From an uncultured Acidobacteriota bacterium (GTDB taxonomy: Bacteria; Acidobacteriota; UBA6911): a stretch of 64,000 nt of DNA. The translations under genes were made by a program, and so were the position numbers. Below are positions 11,323 to 21,209 of this stretch, in pieces; position 1 is the first letter of the stretch, and the number at the start of each line of letters is the position of its first letter. The notes beneath the pieces are model-generated. The model made no database searches, had not been told where the DNA came from, and was given only the letters and a program-made list of their open reading frames with translations. The DNA is taken from assembly GCA_963809485.1 (NCBI GenBank), contig CAWEJX010000020.1, positions 1,280,001 to 1,344,000 of the forward strand. Direction: 5' to 3'.

Positions 11323-13087
11323 ATGGTTACACACAATGCAGGAAGCTCCAATGCCGGTTTTACCAGACCGCCCGCCAGGGATCTGCGTCACCCGGTCATG
11401 CTGGCAGCGCTCCTTGCGCTTGTATTGGCTCCTCTGGCTTTTTCGCAGCGAACACCCCTGAAGCCAGGCTGGAATATGTTCTCGCCGCAGCAGGATGTAG
11501 AAATGGGCCAACAAGTCTCTCGTGATGCGGAGCAGCAAGTGCAAATGCTCAACGACACGCGGGTGGATAATTACCTGAACAATCTGGGGCGAACACTCGC
11601 AGACCATACGCCCGGCGAACAGTATCCAATATCAGTATAAGTGCGTTAATGACCGGGCAATAAATGCTTTTGCGCTGCCCGGGGGATTCGTCTACATCAA
11701 CCGCGGCGTGATCGAGGCCGCCGACAACGAAGCGCAGCTCGCAGGCGTAATGGCGCACGAAACTTCGCACGTGGCCCTCCGCCACGGAACCAACCAGGCT
11801 TCCAAGGCATACGTCGCCCAGGTGCCTCTGGCCATCCTCGGCGGCGTGATGGGCAATAAAAACTCCATGGGAGCCATACTTGCACAACTGGGCGCGGATT
11901 TCGCGACAAATTCGCTGCTACTCAAGTATTCGCGAACAGGTGAAAGCCAGGCGGACGAGATGGGGACGCAAATCCTCTACGATTCGGGCTACGACCCGCG
12001 CGCCATGGCCCAGTTCTTTGAAAAAATCCAGGCGGAAGACAGGAGCGGGAACCCGGTGGAATTCTTCAGCAACCACCCAAACCCTGAAAACCGTATGGAG
12101 CGCGTCGACCAGGAGATTAAGCTCCTCGGCGGATCGCCGCGTGGCAACAAAACTGATTCCCGGGAATTCCAGGAGATTAAGCGCTATGTTATGTCACTTC
12201 CGGCGCCTCGGGCGAAAAGCAGCACGCAAAGTTTAACGGGAAACACCGGCAGTGGCGATCGTGGGCGGCGCGGCACGCTTGGATTACGCATTCTGTCCGC
12301 GCGCTATGGCGCCCAGGATCGATTCGCTGACGTCCGTCAGCTGTTGCAGTCTCGCGTGCAGAACGACCGGCTGAATTTACAGGTGACCAATGCGTCGATG
12401 GGCGGCGACCCCATTAGCGGCAGGAAGGCGCTTCTTATCAGCTATGAATGGGCGGGCAGAACCTACGATGCAGTAGTGCAGGAGAATCAGTGGGTGACCA
12501 TCCCCACCGAGCAACAGCAGACGGGAAGCTCGGTATCGAGCGACACTCGACCCGCGTGGCCGTCAAACCGTGTGAAGCCTTTTGAAAACTCCGTTTTGCG
12601 CATTGAGCATCCGGACAACTGGCAGGCCTACGGGCAGGGAGACGTTGCGGCCACGATTAAGCCCGACAGGGGCATGGTAGAGGATGGGCAGGGCAACCAG
12701 GCAATGGCTTACGGCGTCATCGTCAACATGTATGAGCTTCGCGCTGACAGCTATTATCAGAAGCAGTTGCAGCCCGAAGGCTACGGGCAGTCTTCCGAAC
12801 AGTCCCTGGAAGATGCCACAAACCGGTTGATTGAAGAGCTCCGCCGTTCCAATCAAGGCATGAGAACCATTCGCTCGCCCGAGAGCATTCGAGTAGACGG
12901 GGAGCGTGCCCTTTCCACCGACCTCTCAAACGAATCGCCGCTGGGAGGTCGCGAGACGGATTGGCTGGTCACCGTGCCGCGCCCGGAAGGCTTGCTCTTC
13001 TTTGTTTTCGTCGCACCCGACGGCGACTTCCAGAGCTACAACCACACCTTCCGGGTCATGCTTGATTCGGTCCGCTTCCGCCGATAG
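11323..13087 (+). CDS. M48-family Zn metallopeptidase with extra C-terminal domains; frameshift near 11630
   Basis: INAFALPGGFVY, HETSH (HExxH), YSRTGESQAD, FFSNHP. Confidence 0.85.
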
Positions 13088-13258
13088 ATGCCGGGCATCG
13101 CGCCATGGCATGGTGCCGGGCGAGGAATTGTCCCCGCCCGGATTTATCGCGGTAGTTTTAAGCCGCGGCTTGGGCTATCTCCAACAATGCGTGCGTGCGT
13201 TACACGGCGGAAAGCTCAATCGGCTCCAAGCTGCCGTTTGCCTCCTCATCAACGGCGA

Positions 13259-13323
13259 TGAGCAATTTTGACCACCCATGTGAGCTGTACTGAACTGACA
13301 CATGGATGGCTGACAGGTATTAA
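13259..13323 (+). promoter_or_regulatory. Tandem-site promoter module P7
   Basis: TGAGCAATTTTGACCA-6-TGAGCTGTACTGAA-CTGACA-17-TATTAA. Confidence 0.85.
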
Positions 13324-13386
13324 AAGTGTAGGCCCTATCCGCCAACCATAATCTGTGGGAGGCGGGAATCAGAGGGGAGGATCAGT

Positions 13387-13700
13387 ATGCTCTGGATAAT
13401 CTGTGTTTCTTTGTGGCTACTGGGACTTGTCCCTCCTTACACTTTATTGACAATCGCGAAATATAGTGACAGAAAAATTCCGAGCCCCGAAGGGGCGGAA
13501 AGAAGAATAGCTCCGGGCTCACGCCCGTGGTTGGGAGCATGGAACAAAGAGAAGCCCCTGAAGGGCATCCCATGTATCCTTGGAATAGCGTCCCTATAAT
13601 ATCTGATCCTCATTAGGTGGTTTCAACCACTATCCTGCTGGTGGTGGACATTGTCATGGCCCGGGTTCAGTTCATTCAAAGCCCAAGAGGAATCGCATAA
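13387..13700 (+). pseudogene. lmo0937-family small membrane protein interrupted by an insertion
   Basis: MLWIICVSLWLLGLVPPYTL | insertion | GGFNH.ILLVVDIVM...*; intact paralog at 16312. Confidence 0.7.
13447..13612. mobile_element. ~166-bp MITE/REP-like insertion
   Basis: Flanked by TTA direct repeat; imperfect terminal IRs TGACAATCGCGAAATATAGTGAC / revcomp TGAGGATCAGATATTATAGGGAC; internal GCCCCGAAGGGGC hairpin. Confidence 0.6.
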
Positions 13701-13717
13701 TTGCAGAGAGGAAACAA

Positions 13718-13942
13718 ATGAAACCGATCACTTGGATTGGGATTCTGTTAGTGGTTGTAGGTGCACTGGCGCTCGCCTATCAAGGCATCAACTACACTCG
13801 AACGGAAAAGGTATTTGACCTGGGACCGATTCATGCCACGGCCGAGAAGCAGGAACGGATTCCCCTTCCTCCTATAGTCGGAGGACTGGCGTTGGTTGGA
13901 GGAGTTGCCTTGCTGGTCGTGGGCGCGAGGAAAAAAACATAG
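13718..13942 (+). CDS. Small membrane protein (DUF3185-like)
   Basis: GINYTRTEKVFDLGPIHAT...IPLPPIVGGLALVGG. Confidence 0.8.
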   Translation: MKPITWIGILLVVVGALALAYQGINYTRTEKVFDLGPIHATAEKQERIPLPPIVGGLALVGGVALLVVGARKKT

Positions 13943-14011
13943 CGGGAATCACGGAGTGGAGAGGTTTGAGCGATCGCAGCATTAAACATCACCCGCAGAG
14001 AGGTGGTTCCT

Positions 14012-14995
14012 ATGAGCCGGGCGGGGGTGACTCGTTGGATGAAGCCGGGTCTTTCGGCAGTATCGACGGCATCCGCCAATATAAAGGCCATCTGGGCCCT
14101 GCTCAAAGACGCAGGCTCTGCATGGCTCCAAAACAATGCACCGAGCATGGGTGCAGCGCTGGCGTTTTATGCAATCCTTTCGTTAGCTCCAGTCTTGATT
14201 GTCGCGACAGCGGTTGCGGGTCTAGGATTTTGGCAAAAACTGGCTGAGGCTGAGGTCTGGCGGCACATTCAAGCGCTGGCTGGTGAAACGAATGCCAGGA
14301 TTCTTCAGACTGCAATCCTAAGCGGCGACCGTCCCGCGCATGGCGCCATTGTCAGCACGATTGGTGTAGGAACAATGCTAGTCGGCGCCTCAGGCGCCTT
14401 TGTGGAACTCCAGGACGCGTTCAATAAGATCTGGAGAGTTGAGAGGAAACCAGGAAGTATCCTTCTGAGAGCGATTAAGCAGCGATTTCTTTCATTCAGC
14501 CTGGTTCTGTGCACGGGCGTTCTTTTGCTGTTCTCACTCATCTCCAGCGCCGCACTCGGGGCTGTGAAAAGATCCATGGACCATCCACTTCCTTTGCCCG
14601 TGTTTTTTTTGGAGTCGGTTGATTTTATCTTCTGGTGCGGTGTGATAACGCTGCTGCTCGCTGCGATCTTTAAACTGCTACCGGATGCCGAGATTGCCTG
14701 GCATGACGTGTGGATCGGTGCGGCAATTGCCTCACTTCTTTTCACGACCGGCAAGGTGCTGATCGGGTTGTATCTCGCCGGATCCGCTGTAACTTCAGCA
14801 TACGGGGCTGTGTCATCCCTCCTCCTTGTCCTTGTCTGGATCTATTACTCTGCGCAGATTGTTCTCTTCGGTGCGGAAATCACGCACGTCTACGCCAACA
14901 AACACAGCTTGCGAGTTGAATTGGCCTCTCGCACAGCGGCTCCTGGCCGAGGGGCCAATATCTTATCTCATCACCTCACCCGGGTTGAGCGCTAA
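14012..14995 (+). CDS. YihY/BrkB-family membrane protein
   Basis: MGAALAFYAILSLAP, ELQDAFNKIW, WIYYSAQIVLFGAE. Confidence 0.9.
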   Translation: MSRAGVTRWMKPGLSAVSTASANIKAIWALLKDAGSAWLQNNAPSMGAALAFYAILSLAPVLIVATAVAGLGFWQKLAEAEVWRHIQALAGETNARILQTAILSGDRPAHGAIVSTIGVGTMLVGASGAFVELQDAFNKIWRVERKPGSILLRAIKQRFLSFSLVLCTGVLLLFSLISSAALGAVKRSMDHPLPLPVFFLESVDFIFWCGVITLLLAAIFKLLPDAEIAWHDVWIGAAIASLLFTTGKVLIGLYLAGSAVTSAYGAVSSLLLVLVWIYYSAQIVLFGAEITHVYANKHSLRVELASRTAAPGRGANILSHHLTRVER

Positions 14996-15004
14996 CGGAT
15001 CGAA

Positions 15005-16081
15005 ATGTTCATACATGGGCTTGATCGTCGCGCGGCCAGCTATACCTGGACAGTGGCGTTCATTCTATTAGTGCTGGGAGTGGTCTATCTCATTCGAGAG
15101 ACTCTTTTCGTCTTTGCGTTGGCGCTGCTGTTTTCCTACCTGCTGCGGCCGTTGGTCTACTATCTCGATCGCCGGCTGCCGGGGCGATCCAGGGCACCGG
15201 CACTCGCCATCGTTTATTTATCCCTGGTCGGATTGCTGATTGCAGTCGGAATTACAGTTGGCTCTCGAGTCGTGCTGCAGGCGAATGCACTGGCGCTGAG
15301 AATTCCGGAACTCCTTTCCAGACTCGAACAACCGGTCGAGCTTATCGTGTCACCATCCCTTCCAACATTTATGGAGACGGTGATCTTAATCCTGCAAAGG
15401 CAGATCGTTGAACATTCGCGAGACCTTTTATCACTCCTGCCCAATGTAGTTTTGGGCGCTTTGTCACATGCCGGACGTCTTATTTACATCGTGCTGGTGC
15501 CAGTCCTGGGCTTTTTCTTCCTAAAAGACGGCCCTGAGTATCGCAATTCCATATTGGAGATGCTAGCCGAGGGATCCCGACGTAATGAGATCAGGGAAAT
15601 TGCGGCCGACGTGAACCTGTTGCTCGCCGAGTACATGCGAGCCTTGGTGCTGCTGGCGGTAGCGGTATTCGCAGCCTACGGGTTGTTTTTCTCTCTAATC
15701 GGCGTTCCTTATGGAATTTTGCTGGCGGCCATTGCCTTTTTTCTTGAGTTTATACCTGTTGTAGGGCCCTTGGTGGCCGTGGTTGCCATCCTGATGGTCG
15801 CCGGACTGAGCGGTTTTCATCATCTGCTTTGGATTTTCGTTTTTCTGGCGGTTTTCCGCATTTTTCAGGATTATGTTTTGTCACCTAAACTGCTGAGCAA
15901 AGGCGCGAAACTGCAACCCGTGGTGGTGATCTTCGGAATCCTCGCAGGTGGGCAAATTGCAGGAATCCCCGGCATCTTTTTTTCCGTACCTGTTTTGGCA
16001 ACCCTCCGAATCCTATATCGGCAGCTGAAAAAGAAACTCCTTGACTCCGCGATCAACAGGGCGGAGACCGGATTTCCTTAG
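15005..16081 (+). CDS. AI-2E family transporter
   Basis: SYLLRPLV, FFFLKDG, EFIPVVGP, QDYVLSPK, multi-TM. Confidence 0.9.
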   Translation: MFIHGLDRRAASYTWTVAFILLVLGVVYLIRETLFVFALALLFSYLLRPLVYYLDRRLPGRSRAPALAIVYLSLVGLLIAVGITVGSRVVLQANALALRIPELLSRLEQPVELIVSPSLPTFMETVILILQRQIVEHSRDLLSLLPNVVLGALSHAGRLIYIVLVPVLGFFFLKDGPEYRNSILEMLAEGSRRNEIREIAADVNLLLAEYMRALVLLAVAVFAAYGLFFSLIGVPYGILLAAIAFFLEFIPVVGPLVAVVAILMVAGLSGFHHLLWIFVFLAVFRIFQDYVLSPKLLSKGAKLQPVVVIFGILAGGQIAGIPGIFFSVPVLATLRILYRQLKKKLLDSAINRAETGFP

Positions 16082-16174
16082 GATTCGCAGTCGATGACGA
16101 TTCAGCAGAACTCGCGGGCCACCTTGCTGCAATTTCGATCTGGCCAAAACATAAATTCCCTCTCTCGTAGTAGG

Positions 16175-16239
16175 TGAGCAATTGTGATCGGATGTATGAG
16201 CGGTACTGAACTGACACATGATTTGCTCCAGAGTATAAA
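16175..16239 (+). promoter_or_regulatory. Tandem-site promoter module P8
   Basis: TGAGCAATTGTGATCG-6-TGAGCGGTACTGAA-CTGACA-17-TATAAA. Confidence 0.85.
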
Positions 16240-16311
16240 TGGAATGAAGATTGGTGATTGACATGCGTTAACACTTTCGGAATGGGAAGAAAGAGAAAAG
16301 GAGATTCAGTC

Positions 16312-16461
16312 ATGTTGTGGACAATTGCAGGAATTTTACTCGTGCTATGGCTTCTGGGCTTTTCCATGAATTTTGGCGGCGGTTTAATTCACGCCCTGCT
16401 GGTAATCGCGATTTTGGTGTTTGCCTATAATTTGTTTATCGGCCGCCGCTCTTCGGCCTAG
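16312..16461 (+). CDS. lmo0937-family small membrane protein
   Basis: AGGAG RBS; MLWTIAGILLVLWLLGFSMNFGGGLIHALLVIAIL. Confidence 0.85.
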   Translation: MLWTIAGILLVLWLLGFSMNFGGGLIHALLVIAILVFAYNLFIGRRSSA

Positions 16462-16580
16462 CGTCCGAACTGAGCGGCCGGAAAGTGATTTTCAGATTGA
16501 ACCTTGTTCGAGTGAAGTCATCCCTCATGGGTAGGGATGATCAATCGTGATCAGATGATGGGAGACGCGCGGAACGGATG

Positions 16581-16757
16581 CGTGATTTACGCCAGAGTAT
16601 ACATAGAAGGAGGAGTGGCGCAGCACCGTGTGGCGATAGCGACTCGAATGACGAGCTGTATGGCAAGAAACTTACGGATGAACAAATTGTGATGGGCAAA
16701 ATCAAAACGCATGCCGCGGCATCCGAATTTTCGGTGGAATTGAACCTATGTCCATAG
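16581..16757 (+). pseudogene. Remnant of Ysc84/SYLF-domain protein C-terminus
   Basis: DSNDELYGKKLTDEQIVMG...AAASEFSVELN with no N-terminus. Confidence 0.45.
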
Positions 16758-16860
16758 ATCCAGGTCTCGTCGCATCGGAGGCAGAGATCAATAAAGTGGC
16801 AGAAATCCGCTACTGTTCCGCATCAAATAATCCTCAGTTAGTTCTGCGAATGAACCTCCT

Positions 16861-16905
16861 AAAAAGGAAACAGGGAGGGAGAGAATGTCACCCTCCCTGT
16901 TTCCT
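16861..16905 (-). terminator. Intrinsic terminator downstream of Hsp20
   Basis: Perfect 15-bp stem AGGAAACAGGGAGGG/CCCTCCCTGTTTCCT with a T-tract on the minus strand. Confidence 0.65.
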
Positions 16906-17079
16906 CCACTTTCCACGAAATAGCGCGGTCATTGCAGAGAAATAAAGGATAGGTACCTTCAAGGAAGTAACCCGGGCAGGGCTCGCCCCTTCGGTCCCCA
17001 CGGAACAGCCAGGATTAAGCAAGAATAATGAGAGAAGGGTTGTGCAAAGGCCTGGCCGTGAATATATCGTTTAAAAGCC

Positions 17080-17439
17080 TTACAATTTAGCAGGTCCTGA
17101 GACCTCGGTTATTTTGGACTTGATGTCCGGGCCAATTGCTTTGATGGCAACTTTCACCGCATCCTCCATCGGGTCTTTGAAGGGCACCTCGATTCGGAGT
17201 AGGCCGTGCTCGTAGGTCGCTTCGGCTTTGACAGGTTTCACCGGCCAGCCTAAAGCCAGTGCTGAAACATATTCAATGTCCCTTGCCGGCGCTGTCAGGT
17301 GGATGCTGTCTTCCAGGATCTTCACATCAATAGTATCTGTTGGCGCTCCCGGGATGGCGAACTCGACTACCAGCTTGTGGTTCTCCGCGTCCGCATACGC
17401 AACTGTATTAGGTGCAACCTTGATTCGATATTCCGACAT
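17080..17439 (-). CDS. Hsp20/alpha-crystallin small heat-shock protein
   Basis: AEATYEHGLLRIEVP motif; GGAGG RBS. Confidence 0.85.
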   Translation of the reverse strand: MSEYRIKVAPNTVAYADAENHKLVVEFAIPGAPTDTIDVKILEDSIHLTAPARDIEYVSALALGWPVKPVKAEATYEHGLLRIEVPFKDPMEDAVKVAIKAIGPDIKSKITEVSGPAKL

Positions 17440-17625
17440 TCTGCTACCCTCCTTTTTTCACCAAGCTATTGATTTCATTGAAGCCGTCATGGCTGATGCT
17501 CTGAAACGATCCCCCGCAGGATAAGTTTTCCGGTCTTTCGGGGGGACGCTGTATGGTGCAGCTCCCCTTGTTCTTCTTGGTCAAGGGGAGCCAGGTGCCG
17601 TTTTGGGACGCGGTCGGCTCAGTTT

Positions 17626-17840
17626 TTAGCGAAGCGACTGCAAGTTAAGGATTTGCGACAAAATGCTGCCCAGCATGCTGAACGAGCCGTTGGATTGGCT
17701 ACCGTATTGAGTACGGTTGTTGTAGCCATCTTCATAACCGCGGCGGACGCCCTCGCGAAAGTAGTAGTTGTAGTCGGCCTGGCTAACACTATAACCACCA
17801 TATCCGTAGTTCGCGTCCTGATTGATGTTCGGATATGAGC
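17626..17840 (-). pseudogene. C-terminal fragment of a Tyr/Gly-rich hypothetical protein
   Basis: NQDANYGYGGYSVSQADYNYYFREGVRRGYEDGY...ILNLQSLR*; hairpin follows at 17561-17591. Confidence 0.45.
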
Positions 17841-18364
17841 CTGGTCAGCGGTCCAGGATGTTGCGATAGGAAAAAACCAACGGTATGGAGCCGAACAGCA
17901 AGATGATGAGCAACAGGGCGCCGCAGATGATGATCCACCGCCTCAAGGAATAATTCTTAATCGGCACGGCATGCAGGCCCTCGTTCATAGGTAACTCCTA
18001 CGGAGCAGGGCTGGATTCTGCCCGCTGTGAACATCTCCACTACATCGAAATGAATTCTCGAAAGCATCCGTCGATCCCGATCTGCGTGTCGCCTTGGCCA
18101 TTGGGGATTCGGAATCTTCAGAGCCACGATCATTGGGATCAGCATTGCCGATCTCCAAAACAAAGGCTGTTCACAATCGCACACAACGATGTTCCCTATT
18201 GCTCACGGCGGCCCCAGGAGCGGCTGTACCCTGAAATGTTGCTGCGACGGAAGCAGCTTTCATGCAAACAAACCGCTGACGCACTCTGACCCGCACCGAC
18301 CCACGCCGGCAATGCATGCAGGGAAATGAGTGCGGAGGACGCAATTGCCCCTCGCTGGCCGAAA

Positions 18365-18428
18365 TGAGCAATTTTGAACACATGTTTGTGTAATTTGGAA
18401 CAGACGCCTGATTTGAACTGAGCATAAT
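18365..18428 (+). promoter_or_regulatory. Tandem-site promoter module P9
   Basis: TGAGCAATTTTGAACA-6-TGTGTAATTTGGAA-CAGACG-16-CATAAT. Confidence 0.75.
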
Positions 18429-18598
18429 AGAATGAAGAGTTTGATCCCGAGAATCCAGCGGAGCCGGCAACAAGGTGCGACCCATGATGCGTAAACTCGG
18501 GATGAGGTGTTTCGCATGTCAACGTCATTGCGCGGCGATCCAGATTAGCCGATGCATTTGGGTGACACAATGTTGAGACGCGCACCCCGGTTGGGACC

Positions 18599-20464
18599 AT
18601 GCGTTGGAGGCCATTGGAGATGGAACTAAGGGGCGTGGAGCCCAAAAGTAAGCTTGCTGTTTTCAAACCGCGTCCGCCAAAACGCGAAAGGGCCGGGCAG
18701 GCGGACCCTGATGGGCATGGTAGGGACACAAAGCGCAGTCCGGCGGAAGTGTCCGGGCGTTTCGCGAGCGCGTTCATCAATGCTCCCATCGGCATGGCGC
18801 TCATTGACATGGATGGCCGCTGGCTGCAGGTCAACCACGCACTCTGCCGCATAACCGGCCATGCGGAGAGCGAGCTGCAGGCAAAGACCCTGCGGTCTCT
18901 CACGCATCCTGACGACATCGATCTCGATGTGCCGTTGCTGCGACAGTTGCTCGACGCAGAGATTTCCAGCTACCAGGTTGAGAAGCGCTTCCTTCACGCC
19001 TGGGGCCACTTTGTCTGGACAACGGTGACCGTTTCGCTCGTCAGCGATGAGGACGGTCAGGCGCTCTATCTAATCACGCAGTTTCAAGACATTTCAGAGC
19101 GCAAGGAGTTGGCGGGACGCCTCGAATATCTGGTGGATCATGATTTCCTTACCGGTTTGTCCAATCGACGGCACTTCGAGCAGGAGCTTGCCCACGAGGT
19201 TGAGCGCGCGGCGCGCTATGGTTCCCCCGGGACGGTGCTTTTGATCGACGTGGACAATTTCAAGACTGTAAACGATACTTTTGGCCACATGGCGGGTGAT
19301 GATCTGCTCAAAGGAATTGCAGGATTATTGAAGCACCGCATGCGTCATACCGATACCCTTGCCCGCGTCGGTGGAGATGAGTTCGCGGTGCTGCTTCCGC
19401 AGACTAATGCCAGGCAGGCATCGGTTATGGCCGCCGACTTCGCGAAAGCATTGGACAAGCAGACGGCGGTGCTGGCCAATAAGTCCGTCCACATTACGGC
19501 AAGTGTTGGGATCGCCTCGTTTGACGACCTCAGCGATGTGGAGGTGCTGGAGTGTGCCGATGTTGCGATGTATGGAGCCAAGCAGGCAGGCCGGAATCGA
19601 ATTGTCATTTACACGCCGTTCTCGGGAGACCGGAATCAGGGGTCTTCGCGGCAAAGTGAGGCCGATCGGATCCGCCAGGCGGTCGAAGAGGATCAATTCC
19701 TTCTCTATGGCCAGCCTATCCTGGATCTCGCGACGAATAAGGTCAGCCAATATGAGCTCCTGCTGCGGCTTCCGAGGGTTCAAGGCTTCGAGCCTCTGGC
19801 GCCAAACTCATTTCTATATGTCGCGGAACGTTTGGGCTTGATCCTCTCGATTGACAGTTGGGTGATACGCAAAGCGATCGCAATCATCGCATCCTACCAG
19901 CATGCCGGGCGAAGGCTGACGCTCAACGTGAACCTTTCGGGTAAATCGATTGGCGATCCCAAACTTGCCGGGCTTATCGAAGACGCGCTGGTGGAGGGAG
20001 GGATTGATCCCGCATGCCTGATCCTCGAGATTACCGAAACGGCGGCAATCGCAAGTTTGCAGCAGGCGCGTGCCTTTGCCGATCGGATGCACAGCTATGG
20101 CTGCCGGCTCGCGTTGGATAACTTCGGCGCGGGTCTTGCGTCCTTCTATTACCTCAAGAATTTCCCCTTCGACTACCTTAAAATCGACGGTGAGTTCATT
20201 CGTCGCATTCGCATCAATTCGGTGGACCACCTAGTCGTCCAAGCTATTGTGTGCATCGCGCAGGGAATGGGCAAAAAGACCGTTGCCGAATTTGTTGCAG
20301 ATGCGGATGCCGTCTGTATGCTCCGCGACATCGGCGTCGACTACGCGCAGGGATACCATATCGGTTTGCCAGGACCCGTTGCGGACGTTCTCCCTGCTAT
20401 TGATACGAAGCTCTCGTGTCGGCCGCATTCGGACTTGTTGCAGCATTCCTTGATGCGCACCTAA
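18599..20464 (+). CDS. PAS-GGDEF-EAL c-di-GMP enzyme
   Basis: PAS (APIGMALID...QDISERK), RxxD I-site + GGDEF, ELLLR, EITET, DNFG, KIDG; start uncertain. Confidence 0.9.
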   Translation: MRWRPLEMELRGVEPKSKLAVFKPRPPKRERAGQADPDGHGRDTKRSPAEVSGRFASAFINAPIGMALIDMDGRWLQVNHALCRITGHAESELQAKTLRSLTHPDDIDLDVPLLRQLLDAEISSYQVEKRFLHAWGHFVWTTVTVSLVSDEDGQALYLITQFQDISERKELAGRLEYLVDHDFLTGLSNRRHFEQELAHEVERAARYGSPGTVLLIDVDNFKTVNDTFGHMAGDDLLKGIAGLLKHRMRHTDTLARVGGDEFAVLLPQTNARQASVMAADFAKALDKQTAVLANKSVHITASVGIASFDDLSDVEVLECADVAMYGAKQAGRNRIVIYTPFSGDRNQGSSRQSEADRIRQAVEEDQFLLYGQPILDLATNKVSQYELLLRLPRVQGFEPLAPNSFLYVAERLGLILSIDSWVIRKAIAIIASYQHAGRRLTLNVNLSGKSIGDPKLAGLIEDALVEGGIDPACLILEITETAAIASLQQARAFADRMHSYGCRLALDNFGAGLASFYYLKNFPFDYLKIDGEFIRRIRINSVDHLVVQAIVCIAQGMGKKTVAEFVADADAVCMLRDIGVDYAQGYHIGLPGPVADVLPAIDTKLSCRPHSDLLQHSLMRT

Positions 20465-20963
20465 CCAGGAACCGGTTGCCTTTCTGGAATACGGAAAAAT
20501 CAAAAAGCAGCCACGAGTCAGGCACCTCCGGCAAAGCCGGAAGCTTGAAAGATTTGAACCGCTCAAAGCGGTTGGAGGAGTCCCACCGGTCTTGAACGCT
20601 GACTTACACAGGCAAAAGCCGATGAGGCGCTTCCAATCCCCACAGGGGCCAGCGCTCCGCGCTGGACAGTTTTCCGGGCATTGTGGCAAACGCCCGGTTT
20701 CTCATATCCTCCATCTCCTTGCCGCACGGCGCTTGCCACAGTGCCCGGAAAACTCCATCGGAAGCGCCTCATCAGCTATTGCTCGCCGACCCTCGCCGAC
20801 CAGATCGGCGTTTGTCAGCGCATTGGTCAGCGTATCTCAGCGTTTCAAAATAGGGAGCTGTCAAACTCTATGAGTCCCCCGGCAGAGCCGGGGATTTACC
20901 AATAGAATTATACGAATGTTGCATCCATCAGCGGTTCGCGCATGGGCTGTCCCAGCCTGCCTT

Positions 20964-21028
20964 TGAGCAATTTTGACCAAACGTTTGAGCAGTACTGAAC
21001 TGACACACGAGATGCCCCAGGCTATAAA
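20964..21028 (+). promoter_or_regulatory. Tandem-site promoter module P10
   Basis: TGAGCAATTTTGACCA-6-TGAGCAGTACTGAA-CTGACA-17-TATAAA. Confidence 0.85.
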
Positions 21029-21209
21029 GGAAGATAAGCCTTGAGCTGCCAGGCGAAATCTGGCCGGAGGCGAGTGTCCGATGGACGAGCAAGGTGTTCG
21101 CCCATGTGAAATGAGATTATGAGCGGGAAAAGCCCTTCGGCTTCTTTGAGGTGGCTGATGTGGTGCAACTGAAATAAATAGTAAAACAATTTTTTAAGAG
21201 GAGTTCAAA

